From: Azolla caroliniana
Taxonomy: Eukaryota; Plantae; Polypodiophyta
Direction: 5' to 3'
DNA length: 64,000 nucleotides
Assembly: GCA_043228905.1 (NCBI GenBank)
Contig: JBHGNT010000007.1
Location: 12,648,001 to 12,712,000 of the forward strand
Shown: in pieces, positions 1 to 12,820 of the stretch
How the letters are laid out: every line of letters begins with the position of its first letter
Numbering within the stretch: the first letter of the stretch is position 1
Made by a program: the position numbers and the translations under genes
The notes under the pieces: model-generated
What the model saw: the letters and a program-made list of their open reading frames with translations, nothing else
What the model was told of the DNA's origin: nothing
Database searches by the model: none

Positions 1-344
1 CAAATGCTATCACTTATATTTGGTCCTTTCTTTGATGATATATACTTGTAGAGATGGAAAATATGATATTCTATTTGTATAGTGCCTCTGGCGTTTTTAA
101 TTTTAATTCCAATGGAGCATAATTTTTATGGAAAAATATACATTTATCAAAGGGCAACCCCCTTGTAGATGTGATGGCGGTGGTGCATTAGGTCCACTCC
201 GTTTTGATACTCGCACTCACAAACTTGCATTCATGATCAAATGATATTTCCTTGACATAAACGACACTGACATATTTCCTCTATTCCAAGTAACCGTGCA
301 TCTCCCGAGCTCATCCTCCATTGGAAAAGTTGTGTCCGAGAGTC

Positions 345-692
345 TTTGTCTTCCAATTTTACTCGATCTTCATGCCCAATATGTGTCGGGTTTGTCCGAG
401 TTCCTTCATCGCAAATTTCTCGTGAAGGCTCTGCTTTAGCTTTCCGGTTTCGTCTTGATCGTTCCATGCAATCAACATGTCATCAATATATAGGTTCAAG
501 TAGATTTGGGACTCGTCAGCCAATTGCTGACTGTACATACATGGGTCGGAGTCGGATCAGCGGTAACCAAGCTGCCTGATGTAGGAGTCGAACTTCTGGT
601 ACCACATCCTCGGCGTTTGTTTTAAGCCGTAAAGGCATTTCTTCAGTCGACATATGAGGTGACCTTCCTCCTCCTTCACCATGAAGCCTGCC
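345..692 (-). pseudogene. Ty1/copia reverse transcriptase fragment
   Basis: Minus-strand translation GFMVKEEEGHLICRLKKCLYGLKQTPRMWYQKFDS...LYIDDML...FAMKELG with stops; cut at ~693 by an LTR. Confidence 0.85.
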
Positions 693-2014
693 GGTTGAGA
701 CATATTTTTAATCTAAAGTTACAATTGTATACATACTAGACAATCGGCGTTTAGCCGAATCTCCAAAGGTAAAGTCGGGCTCTAGCCTAATTCGGCTAGT
801 TATCCGAATCATATGTTGTCCGGTTCAACTTGTTTGAGTCGGTCAGACCAACTGGTTCAAATCAAATTTCATCTAAATCGGCTCATTCATTCGGATCGGC
901 TCGTGTCTGAATTTGACTCTCGGCCTCTAGTCGATCGTTTGCTTCCCGCATGTGCTTTGCTCCTACCATTGCGTAGATGATACTTCCTACAACTGATATT
1001 CCTCGAAGGAATAATTTTGGGAATCAGTGTCAGATGCTCATTTAATGAGCATTTAAGTACATGTCAGTACTTGTCAACCCACTCAACAGGGCTTGTATAA
1101 AAAGTGCTTTGTGAGCACGTTGTATGTAGTTGAGTACAAAGATTATTTTCTATTAGAAGTTTGTTGTTCACTCTATCTTTGTCTCTCTCTCATCTCATCT
1201 CTATGTATACCTAACTGTTGTATCTCCGAATAACTGATTGCGTACTTTGTGTCTCGCACAACACTTCTGCACGTATCTTTTACATGATATCAAGCGCGAG
1301 GGTTGAGAATCCTCTGCAGTCGACCGAAACGCGAAAGAAGACATAGAGACACTCATTTTCTTTCGGAACAATAGGAACATGGATAGAGGAATGGGCAACT
1401 CTCTTCCGACATAGAAGCTCGAAAGAAGCAACTACGCATCTTGGTCATATACAATATGCACCAGTATCTGCTCAGGCACGGATACTAGAATTATGTCGAA
1501 GGAGCTAATGATGTAGCACCGGAGTTGATACACAAAGATTTCCTAGCCTGGGAGCAAGCGCAAGCAAAGTTTTGTACTTCTTTGCATCCTGGGTGAGTGA
1601 TTAGTTGTTGAGCTACATCTAGGATGCCAAAATGCCAGAAGATGCATGGGCGAATCTGAAATGTATTCTCACCACTAGCACGACGACCGGGAAGCTGCAG
1701 CTCAGATATGAGCTGAGCAATGTTCGACAAAAGGATCATTCGATGTCTGATTACACATCCTAGATCAAGGATATCTGTGACTCCCTCGCCTTCATCAACG
1801 TGATTGTTAAGGAGGATGAAATGGTGCAAGTCTGCCTCAGAGGGTTGGTGTCAAAGTTCGGAGCATTCCGAACAACGGTCGGCAAAGGGGAGAATATTAC
1901 TTCATTTTTCGAGCTGCAATCAAGGATTTCGTAGAAGAGAACCACGCAGGTGTATCGACGAGTGCGCACACCGATAGTAAGATGCTATACACGGAGGCGG
2001 AGAAGCCCCGTGGA
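693..2014 (+). mobile_element. 5' part of a copia element (LTR ~693-1284, degenerate Met PBS 1285-1295, gag remnant 1379-2014)
   Basis: LTR 3' half similar to 21590-21822; ends TTTTACA then TGATATCAAGC (cf. TGGTATCAGAGC); gag MDRGMGNSLPT matches element I; truncated by element B. Confidence 0.8.
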
Positions 2015-2564
2015 TGTTGTTGTCACTACCGACCAACACAACAGTCCACATCTTAATCACTAAGTCATTTTATCAAGCGAATTGTGATTGGAGATGGAAT
2101 ATTGTTGGCTTTGTTTAATACTTCCTTAACATAATAGAATGTATGACATATATATTATTTTATTATTCTTAATTAAGGCGATTATGGAATACTATTCTGA
2201 TTGACTGATAGTTATATATATATAATCGGAATAATAGAGATACTTAGCAACAATACACAACACAACATATACTCTAACCACAAAATTATATTACTTATAA
2301 CCAAAACAGATCGATGTTGTTACATTGCTCTCAGTCCCTTTTTATAGGCGACCTAAGATACTCTTCCAAGATAATACATTTGTTGTTCGGCAAGAACCTA
2401 TAGTTACCCTAACTGTCCTATTTTTTAACTATTCTATTTTCTTACTTGGCTAAAAATACTATTTTGTCTACTAACTTTCCCATTAATCTTTTACGACTAT
2501 GACTACAACTACGACTACGACCAGCTTATCGACCTGTATACTTTGGCTAGCCGACCGACTACCA
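2015..2564 (-). repeat. 3' LTR of minus-strand gypsy element B (lower boundary approximate)
   Basis: Begins TG on the minus strand 2 nt after the tRNA-like ...GCATGCCA motif; minus-strand TATA CCTATAAAAAGGG at ~2337-2349; interrupts copia gag at ~2015-2021. Confidence 0.6.
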
Positions 2565-2566
2565 CA

Positions 2567-2605
2567 TGGCATGCTTGTGGGACAATGCCTTGCACGATTG
2601 AACCA
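2567..2605 (-). other. tRNA-Arg 3'-half-like motif at the PPT position (element B copy)
   Basis: Minus strand TGGTTCAATC-GTGCAAGGCAT-TGT-CCCAC-AAGCATGCCA-TG|TG; homologous to 8727-8766, 12780-12820, 56816-56856. Confidence 0.75.
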
Positions 2606-5600
2606 GAAAAATTTGTTTTGGTTGGCTTCATCATCGTTCTCATCCTCTTGTTCGTCTTCGTTTTGGTCATCATCGCTAGGCTCTATTGGTCGCCTCCGAC
2701 GACCAAGTGTGAAACGCCGAAGCGGAGCGGACAAAGCGAAGCGAACAACCATCTATGAAACGACGAATTGGAGCAGACAAGGGGCGTGTAACGAAAAGAC
2801 GTGTAGGGACGAGGAGAAAATGTAAGAGATGGAAAGTAATTATGAGAGATAGTGAGAAAGAGAGTGGTTCACACTTAGTCGTAACCGCCCATGCCCCTAT
2901 ATAAAGGGCATGGGCATGGAAAGCCTATAAAAAGTTAGTTGTAAATTTGTAGACACGCTCAAGTAATATACACTTTTTTTTCTCAATCTCTCCTTCTGTG
3001 TCTATTGTAATGGTGTATATCCGTGCCGTAATCTGTGGCTGAGTTTTCCTATGTGTTGAGCACTCGTACTTTGTGTTGAGTACTATATCCCCTACTGGCA
3101 GAGGCCGCTTATGCAGATCTTCACAACCTCCCAGTTACGTTGAACACCCATTACGACTCTATCGCAATACGACTCACGCACCCTCTACCTATTCCACAAT
3201 CACCTTGAGATGGTTACCGTAGAAACGCGTAATGACACTGTGTCTACCGAACCTAGTAACACTTTTGGAATGCCCGGGGGATCTATGCAAGCACAACGAA
3301 TGTCAGTGGATGCATGTCTTGTCACCCCAACAACAATTGAACAGGTAGCCACCGACCTCTCACTTGTGCCGAGTCTAAGAGGATACTAGAGGCTCCCATC
3401 ATTGACCTCATTGACAACACCAACCAGATCTTGCAGCAAGACAAGACCCTGTTTGATTCTGTGCCTGTAGAGCCACCCTGACACGAAGTTGCAAAACGGC
3501 TGGACTCTACCACAACCAACACGAATCATTCCGGGTGAGACAACCCGTCAGATCTCACATCACCAAAAAGCCCCACCGCGGAGTTTTTTCCCAACACAGA
3601 GGTAGACACCATGCTATACCCCTATCCCTGCTACAATGGTAGAGCCGACGTAGAGGCTCATGTTCACGACTTCCTTACCACATGGCAAGGTAACCATGCC
3701 TCCCAACGCCTAGTTGCGGCTGAGGTGAACCAGTTCTATGCAATAACGCAGGAACATAACATTTAGACAGTCCCACAGTTCTTCATCCGATGTCAAAAAT
3801 TCCGACACCGGAGGAACTCATGGAGACATTCTTGACCGCCCTCTAAGAACCCCTACGGGAAGCAGACTACGATCGAGACACGGACTACCGAAGAAACGAT
3901 TACTGCGGAGGCAGGAACGACACAAACCAAGGTCGTCATTATGATAATCAGGTAGGCCAAGCGGATTCACGCTATCATGACCTCAGGCCCCAAGACTTTC
4001 GGCAACGGGCCAAACTAACAACTATTGTCATGACGACCGCCACCGACTATGAAAGCAACACCAAACCCAACCACGGCCACAGGACGAAAATGAATAACAG
4101 TTAGTGCCCATCACGTCGGCCAGTATAGAACAAGGTGAGTGAAGCGTTCGCTGCTTTAACAGGACCTAGGCCATTACGCACCGCAATGCCCACATAAGCA
4201 AAACAACAAATTCCCAGCGGTCAACACAATCACAACAGAGGTCCAGTAGGTAACAACTTGTGATAAGACCAAGACGGCCAAATGGGAAGAGTAAGACAAG
4301 ATACGTAACACGACGAAAGCCTAGGTGGAAAAAGACAACTGAGGTAATGTAGAATGCCTGCTACAGGAGAGCATATCCGGGGCAACCATGGAGGAAGCAA
4401 CATCTAGTAGGCCCTCGCAGACTGCCCAATTACACTCACAATGAGTACTGCTACTCAACCTGGTTCCCCGCTTTTGGTTGGCTGTGGAAACACGGATGCA
4501 CCACACACCCCAAGTATTGGTCTCTATAAATTTCGCCGAATCCGCAACATGCCCGACTATCTTGGACCACCAGAACCCGCCCATCAAAGTGGTCATACAA
4601 GGGATAGAAATCTCGGGATGCATCGTGGCCAGTGGCTCCAGTGTCAATGTCATAAGTGCAACCACATCCAACCGGTTGGGCATCAAAACTTGGTAAGTAT
4701 GCCCCTTTTGGCTACGAATGGTAGACACCAGATCTATCCGACCCCTAGGGATGTTGCAGAAACTATTGATCATAATAGGGAGTGACATGTTCGAAATCTC
4801 GGCTATGGTCTTAACACTTGAAGTTCTAGGGGCGTACCCCCTCCTATTATGAGGGCCATGGTTGCGCTCAACCAATATTAAGTAGAACTGGCAACACCAC
4901 CACATAAGTTTTCGTTGGGGCCTGTGCGCGGATAAGGGTGCCAATGCAAGAAAGCACTACAGCCCCAAAATCCATGACCCTACTGTATACGGAAGACATC
5001 CACATGCTCAAAAGGCTCGAGGACAAGAAACTCGAAAAATATCTAGACGAAAAACCTCGGATATTACCCCTATTCGACATAGATGTGGTAGAAACCGAAG
5101 AAGCATACAACACACTGGCACCGACTGCGGAGCAGGACGACGAACCCAATGAGGAAGCCCTCATGGAACTCCGTAGGGCACATGATGTGTTCAACCGGGA
5201 AATGGAGATATCGCGTTGCATCGAGGCTACCACCCTAGAATAAATCAACGTCAGAACCCTAGATGTGACGCGGGCTCTCTCGGTGGCCAAAGAGTTTCCT
5301 CTTGCGGAAAAGACTACCATGATTGAATTCTTAATCTGGCCAAGTGTGCATTCAGTGTAACTAGCGGAGCGCTCCTCAGTCACATCGTGAGCCGAGAGGG
5401 TATTGCGGTGGATCCTGGGAAAATCAAAGCTATCATCACGGCCCCAACTCCTAAAAATGCCAAAGCATTAAGTTGGTTCTTGGGACAAACCAGATGGCAT
5501 AGCCAGATGCTTCGCCATCTCGCGCACTTCGCCACTCCACTGCACGCTGCAGTTCACCAAACCACGTTTAGTTGGACGGAAACAAAAGAGAAGGCCTATA

Positions 5601-7021
5601 CGGTGCTAAAGATTATGCTCACACAAGCCCCACTGTTACAAGCACCTAACTGGACGCGACCCTTCCATGTCTTCGTGGATGCCTCAGACATCGCAATCGG
5701 AATTGCACTCATGCAGCTCACCGAGTCGAACTGGTATCAACCTGTATACTACTGTAGCAGGAAGCTCTCGACCGCTGAGAGCAATTATTCCACGATAGAA
5801 CGAGAGGGTTGGGTATGATTTACAACATTAATAAATTCCAACATTACCTATTGGGCAAGAAGTTTGTCGTTCACATCAATCATGCGACACAACTCTATCT
5901 GGTATCAAAACAATCGCTCACCGGGAAACTGGCGCGCTAGATGTTGCTGCTACAAGAATTCAATTTCGACATCCAGCACCGCCTCGGAACGCAACACACC
6001 GTGACCGATTACCTGAGCCGCATTGAAAATGGGGACATGGCAACCGAGGGAGGAGACGATTTCCCAGACGGGGGAATCCTGCACATCTCCACAAGCGACC
6101 CCATGGAAGATAGCTCACCCAAGGACGACAAATGGCTTGTAGATATGAGCCGTTTTCTCAACACAGCCTTGCCTTCGCCATTGATGCGAATGGATGAAAA
6201 GAAGAGGTTGGCGGTAAGGAGCTGGAACTTTTGTTTAGTCGATGAGATGTTGTATCACAAAGGCAACGATAGCATTTGGAGACGATGTGTCCGCAACGAT
6301 GAGAAAAACACGGTGCTTGTTACCCATAAGAATATATGGGGAGGCATAAGGGTATGTGTAATGATGTGGTTGATGTGTATGTGTAAAGTAAATGAGTATG
6401 TGTGAGCACATGCACAATTATGTGCATGTGACAAGAGAGAGTGTAACGGTCGTCTCTTTTGTAACAGGCATTATTTACCGTTACATTATGTATGATATAA
6501 ACCCCTTATGGGGCATCTAATGGATATACAATTTTCCCCTCTCACATTTGTGTTATTTCTTATTTTCACTCTCCTTCTCTCTCACACACACATAATCCCC
6601 TTGGGAGGGGGGTGAAGCCATTCTAGGCTTCACCCCCAACCCATTAACACTTTTGGCACGCTCGAATGGCCGACCTCCCTTGAGAAGAAGTCACTCCCTC
6701 ACTCCCCGTCCCCATCACTAATTTCTCTCCTCAATCTCTCTACCTAAAATCCTAGACACCCCAACCTTCATCTACGTCCATCCATCTCTCATTCTGTGAA
6801 TTTGTGTTGCGTTTGTGTTGTGCATGTGTCTGTTTGTGTCCACTTCCAAAAGATGAAGGGCGAAGAAGAAGAAGAAAGTGAAACGGTTCTCCGCAGAGAA
6901 GGGAAGGAAATGGTTCGGCATATGTGAGGTCTGTTGCCCGACTGTTCGCGGACTCCACTGTAGAGAACAGAGATTCATGACTCTCTGCAACAGAACAGAG
7001 CAGAGAAGAACGAACGAAGCC

Positions 7022-7588
7022 ATGGCTAAGCCTACGTTCCAAGGTACTCGAAATAAAGAGGTCGTTCGAGGAGTAGGTCGCCATTCACGCTCCAACGTTT
7101 ATCATAAGTGTGGTTTGTGGGCCATCAAAGCAAAGAACAGTGGATCCTTCCCTTCCGACCAGAAGCAAGCTTCTGAAACTCTCGTATCCAAGAGACCTCC
7201 CAAGTTCTACCCTGCCGATGATGTTCCTAAAACCCTTCGAAATAAACGTGTCCTCAAACCTACTAAGCTCAGGTCAAGCATCACCTCAAGCATTGTCTTG
7301 AATCTGATTACTGGACATTTTAAGGGGAAGAGGGTTGTTTTCCTTATGCAACTAGAATCTGGTTTGCTTTTGGTTACAAGTCCATTCAAGCTAAATGGTG
7401 TACCTCTACGTCGAGTAAGTCAATCATATGTAATAGCAACCTCTACAAAGCTTGATGTAAGCAAAGTAGATATGGGTAAAATTACAAACAACTACTTCGA
7501 AAAGGAAGTTAAGAAGAAGAAGAAGAAGAAAAGTGAGAGCGAGTTCTTTGAGGCTGAGAAGGAGGAAAAAGAATCAGAATCTCAATGA
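7022..7588 (+). pseudogene. RPL6: Intronless, C-terminally truncated 60S ribosomal protein L6 (eL6) copy
   Basis: [13 protein letters not shown]...[11 protein letters not shown]...[10 protein letters not shown]...[44 protein letters not shown] is plant eL6; C-terminal ~45 aa missing; changes at conserved sites (R>C, G>S, P>S) are C>T/G>A type. Confidence 0.93.
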
Positions 7589-8056
7589 GAAGGATTAGAA
7601 GAAGAAGACGGAGGACGTAAGCAGAAGATGGATCCATGAATGGAAAGGCAAAGCTTCAATGCAGGTTATGGGGCCCTCTTCATCATCATTATCATCCACA
7701 CCATCACCATCTCCATTTGAAATCTTTGGATGTTGACGTTGCCTCTTCTTGCGTTGATCTTTTGATTGACCTGAGGGTTTCTGATCCATTCCTGCAGGTC
7801 ATTATAAGGAGTGTAGTAGAGAGGCGGCTGAGCTACAAGAACGTTCCACATTTTCTCACCACTTATTAAGTTAACATAGATTATCTCTCTGAGTATCGCA
7901 ACTCTCTTCAATGCTTCGGTAGCAAAAGATGATTCTGCTAGGGCTTATGTTTTGTATGTAACTTCTCTAGAATTGTGTGGCCTACTTGTAACAACTATGG
8001 CACTACAACTAGTAAAGATGATGAATGGCGATTCCAACAAAATCAAAGAGATCAGT

Positions 8057-8230
8057 GTCACCGTCGCCGCCGCAATCGTTGCTGTTGTCGCCATCATCGC
8101 TGCCGTCGTCGTAATTGTCGCCGCCGCCACCATCGCCACTGCCGCTGCAATCATTTCCACCTCCACGAGTGTCGCCGCCGCAATCAATGTTGCCGCCGCT
8201 GCTATTGTTGCCGCCGCTGCCGCAATCCGC
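8057..8230. repeat. (CGC/CGT)n-rich low-complexity tract
   Basis: Repeated GTCGCCGCCGC / GCCGCTGC units. Confidence 0.85.
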
Positions 8231-8295
8231 TAGAAGTGAAAGGCGAGAAGATGAGTGGAAGCAAGAAGAGAGGGGCATTCAAAAAAAAAACATAA

Positions 8296-8460
8296 GGGCA
8301 GAGAAGATGAAATTTCAAAAGCTCAAGGGCATGAGATGAAATTTCAAAAGCTCAAGGACATGACATGAGATTTCAAAATTTGGAGGGCAGAATGCAAAAT
8401 TTCGAAAACACATGGGCCAAAAATAAAATTTCAAAAAAAGTTGAGGGTAAAAATATTTTA
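8296..8460. repeat. Short degenerate tandem repeats (~30 bp, GATGAAATTTCAAAAGCTCAAGGGCA)
   Basis: Near-exact copies at ~8306 and ~8335, more degenerate copies downstream. Confidence 0.7.
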
Positions 8461-8726
8461 AGACCAAAGGATAAGAAATATAAAACTCACATCACATGAT
8501 GAAAGAAAGAATACACAAATGCACAACACGATTTCACAACCCATGCCACATTGTACTAGCCGATTGGTGTATGATCCAATCGTGACTTGTGTTGACCGAA
8601 CGAGAAGGTTCGAGTCAAGCAAAGCTCCGATCGAAGTTATCGATCGTAGAACAGTGATCCAATCGAGGGATTTCCGACCATTCAGACGACCGATGGAGTT
8701 CCGGTCAAGAAGAATTGCCATGGCGA

Positions 8727-8766
8727 GTGGGTTCATCGTGCAATGCACTGTCCCACAGGCGTGCCA
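8727..8766 (+). other. tRNA-Arg 3'-half-like motif at the PPT position (RPL6-element copy)
   Basis: GTGGGTTC-ATC-GTGCAATGCAC-TGT-CCCAC-AGGCGTGCCA-TG|TGTTACCC (LTR). Confidence 0.85.
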
Positions 8767-10626
8767 TGTGTTACCCGTAAGAATATACGGGGACGCATAA
8801 GGGTATGTGTAATGATGTGGTTGATGTGTATGTGTAAAGTAAATGAGTATGTGAGGATGAGTATGTGTGAGCACATGCACAATTATGTGCATGTGACAAG
8901 AGAGAGTGTAACGGTCGTCTCTTTTGTAACGGTCATTATTTACCGTTACATTATGTATTATATAAACCCCTTATGGGGCATCTAATGGATATACAATTTT
9001 CCCCTCTCACATTTGTGTCATTTCCTATTTGCCTCTCCCTATCGTAACCCCCTTGGAAGGGGGGTGAAGCCATTATAGGCTTCACTCCCCACCCCGATAA
9101 CAGTGTTGCGTGAAGCACATTGTAGAATAACAAGTGGCCATTACATAGGAGAGGCTACCGCGCGGAAGATATGGAAAGTTGGCCTTTGGTGGCCCACCAC
9201 CTAGAAGAACACCCACCAGTACCTATGCCAGTGGTTGGGTCACCCTACGGATCATGCCCGGATGCCTCATCAACCTGTGCTACCCTTAGAGCCTTTCCAG
9301 AAATGGGGCCTCGACTTCGTAGGCCCATTCACCCCAGCGGCAGCACGCACAGGGCATTGGTACATCCTAGTCGTGACCGAGTATTGCACCAAGTGGGTCG
9401 AAGCGAAGGCCTTACGCGACAATACGGCGACGTCCAAGACAAATTTTTATACGAGAACATATGGTGCCGATTCGGTTGCCCAATCTAACTTATTAGAGAC
9501 CAGGGAGGCCACTCTCTGAATGCCGTGATCGACGGGCTCACACACCACTACGTAGTGGTCCACAAGAAGAGTACGTTGTACTACCCGCAGGAGAATGGAC
9601 TGGCCGAATCCACGAACAAAACGCTACAGAACATTCTTCGAAAAATCATGAACGACCACCGCACGGATTGGGACACCAAGCTACACAATGCGTTATGGGC
9701 ATACCATACGAGTTTCAAGACAAGTCTCCAATCCATACCATTCCGGTTGGTGTTCGGCCTGGAAGCAATCATGCCCATAGAATTTCAGATTCCGGGGATT
9801 CGGATCCAAGTAAGGGAACGACTACCAAACCAACAGTCGAAACAGGCTCGACTACACCAACTCCTCGCACTTGGAGAGGAGCGGGCTCGGAGTATGGCAA
9901 TCTTGGAACAAGACCAACAACGCCAGAAAGCATTTGTGGATTGTCACCGCTGGCATAATGAGGAATTTTTCGAAATCGGAAAGCCCGTACTCGTGTTCCA
10001 GACATGCATAGGGAAAATGCCCAGAAAACTTCATTTCCGATGGACAGGGCCGTATTGGATAGTCATGGCCGAAAAAGGGACATTTACGCTCGGCACCCTA
10101 GCCGAAGAAATTCTAACGTAGAAAGTTAATGGACTCCGGTTGAAAGCATATGCAGGGCCCACACCACCGAACCCATTCAAACCAATTGCGGATCCCACAT
10201 AAAAGAACGTCAGCCCCAAATCATCCTCGGGTGGGGAACCCACCTCGCAGTAAATATGGGTCAATGTACATTGATGTAATTTAATGTATACTAGGAATAC
10301 CCATAACTATTAGGTCTGAAATGAAAAAAAAATTAAAAAAATAAAAAAAGAAAAAGAAAAAGAAAAAGCAAGAAGAGCTATATTTAAGAGGATTACATGC
10401 AGGCACATGTTCCAAGAAAAGAAGTACACACGTCATGGCTCCACGAATCTTGAACCCTAACTTTCCTTCTTCACATACAGAGAAAGCGAGTTACTTTTCT
10501 GTACATTTCAGAAAATTTTCACAACCTCTTTGCTCTCCTCACTCACCTTGCCATCACAGAAGCTCTATTGCTCAAACCTTGCCTCTGAAACATTCCCCTC
10601 GCTCATCTCAATCCGTCCCCGAAGAG

Positions 10627-12770
10627 ATGACAATTGACATCTGCCCAACCTTGCAGCAGTGGCTCCACAACAAAGGCCTTGCAGGCTACATCCGAGTGGC
10701 AGAGGCACCGCCTCACACTAACGTACAGGAGATGGCAAGGAAACTAAATATCACCACCATCACAAATGGTAGCATCAAGAAGAAGTTGGGCCTATTCGGA
10801 GATGGGGAACGCCATTTCGAGATCCCTCCCGCAAGGGTGAACGAGTGCTACTTTGGGGAATACTCCATCTCGGCCAAAGCCTACAGGACGTTGGATGCAC
10901 CTGATCCATTCTTTTGAGAAGTCTCGAAGTTCTTACTCGAGGTAGGGTGCATACACACCAACGCATACGGGATGCCTAAACAAAAAGTGGGCATCTTCAT
11001 CGCGACGTTCGAAGGACAATCCATAGATTGGGGAGTCATAACAGGGCCGACGCTGCAAGAAGTCTTCACACGTTCCAGGCTGGGATCGTGACGATACTAG
11101 AAGTGATTTCGCACCCACGACCAATCTCGATCAAACAATCGGAACGGGGTAAGGGCGTGTTCACATATGTAGCGGAAGTATTGAGTTACCCAGACATTCC
11201 GGACACGGCACATGAATTCAGGGCCCTCTTGCAATTCTACACCACCTTCAAACTCATGGAGTTCCTAGCTACACAACAGATCATGGTGTCCCAACGTATG
11301 GCAGAAGAGCACACCGAACACCAAATGATCGAACGTGCACAAACTCAAACAACTAAAAGCAACTACAAAGGCCCGTTGGCTAGGGTTGGCCGAAAGATAA
11401 ACGCCGATGTTCGTTGGATGGGCATGAAACTACCCCACTAAATATTGCCTTAGTGAAAGGACAAAAATCAATGGAAGACTATTAAGATAACTTAGCAGCA
11501 ACTGGAAAAGGCACAACAGAGATCGTTGCGGACGCGTACCAACATGGCAGGAGAAGCTAGATGCAGAGATTGTTGCACACCCGTTAACAACGAGGAACTC
11601 AACAAGTAGAAAGAGGAGTTGGCCCGGAAAGAAGGAATCACCACATCAATGCAAGAGGCAACGCAGAAGAAGAAGGCATGGTACAATGAACAGATCAAGA
11701 ACCAACAACATGTAACTCGAGGTGTTCAAATCCACCTGAATAACGAGATGGGCAGACTGGAGGCACTCCATGAGTCACAGATTTGGCAGGGAGTAAAAAC
11801 TCATTACGACGAAGTAGTGGTCGCCTACCAACGAAAAATTGTGGACCTCCAAAATGCTCTTGACGACTTACAGGTCCGCACGAACCTTAGCATGGAACAC
11901 ATTCATACACTCCTCGAAACAAAGCCAGACTAGTTTATGGCCCAATTACAAGTGGCCCTAAATAGAGGTTAGGTCGTTTGGGCGGTACAGGCGGCTGAGC
12001 TCCACATATATTAGGCCGATCAAGAGAACCACCAATAGGAAGGGAAAGGTTTCTACAAATTCAGCGAGGAAAGCATTGTTACAGTCCAAGAAGACCTTAC
12101 ACAAGACTACCAAGCCATGGTCGACCGCCACACCGAGGAGATAACACAACTGTTGGAGGATTTTCTTGATAGCGAGATTGATACCTCCATTCAACTACAA
12201 GCTATCGAAGCAAAACAAAGGAGAACAGAGGAGGAAAGAGCGGCGGCCATCATCCTTCCAGACAACGACCCCGTGGAACAAAACGAAGGTACACAAGAAA
12301 ACGACGATGCTCCGGAGAATATTATGACACCGCAATGTCCAGAATCCACACCACGTGATACCCACCCCACCCTAGGAGTTACGACTGAAGAAGGCCCTCG
12401 GGAGGAACCACGGTTGGAGACCACGACAACGCAAACCTTGGGGCTACCAAGTGACCCTGACTATACCCCCACAGGCACAGACGACGAAGTACGGGTGCAA
12501 TCGAGGGAAGAATCATTATGGGAGTTTCCCACCGACGACCAACATGAGAACAATGCGCCGAGCATGGACACCACAAAGCAAGCACCAACGCAAGCAGTGG
12601 TGTCAGAATCAACAGAGCTTCAAGGCCTCTCGGAACTTGTCTCCGCAGAACCAAGCCCACAACTGGAGTCCGACATGGCCGAGCCAATCAACGTTGCGAC
12701 GACTCTCGTCCCGACTAGAAGGGGCAATCACCCAGAACCCAATATCCATGATATTTTCGACGAGGAATAA
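10627..12770 (+). pseudogene. Extra ORF3 of element A between pol and 3' LTR (disrupted; coiled-coil and acidic tail)
   Basis: Consecutive + strand ORFs 10435, 11028, 11619, 12117; central part aligns to the minus-strand ORF of B (14302-14565). Confidence 0.65.
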
Positions 12771-12779
12771 AGGGTGACA

Positions 12780-12820
12780 GTGGGTCCGACGTGCTCGAGC
12801 CCTATCCGATAGGCGTGCCA
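12780..12820 (+). other. tRNA-Arg 3'-half-like motif at the PPT position (element A copy)
   Basis: GTGGGTCCGAC-GTGCTCGAGCCC-TAT-CCGAT-AGGCGTGCCA-TG|TGTTGGCC (LTR). Confidence 0.8.

Larger units (their letters stand above)
6318..9102 (+). mobile_element. Non-autonomous LTR element (LTRs 6318-6649, 8769-9102; PBS TGGCACGCTCG 6654-6664) carrying an RPL6 copy
   Basis: TGTTA...TAACA LTR pair; TSD GTGCT/GTGTT; host integrase frame resumes EKNTVL|REAHC; no gag/pol inside. Confidence 0.93.
3210..10202 (+). pseudogene. gag-pol of element A (many stops/frameshifts; RT core deleted near 5330; interrupted at 6318-9102)
   Basis: SREGIAVDPGK, FHVFVDASDIAIG, YSTIERE, VL|[23 protein letters not shown] motifs colinear with the K polyprotein. 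Confidence 0.9.

Noticed and set aside
2679-2683. TSD and PBS for element A
   Set aside because: GGCTC vs GGATT is too degenerate and no clear PBS follows 3169; boundaries rest on LTR homology
6878-7021. N-terminal extension of the RPL6 ORF from a GTG start
   Set aside because: eL6 similarity starts at ATG 7022; upstream is element or UTR sequence
7945-8339. Ala-, Cys/Arg- and Gly-rich ORFs in several frames
   Set aside because: Translations of a CGC low-complexity tract
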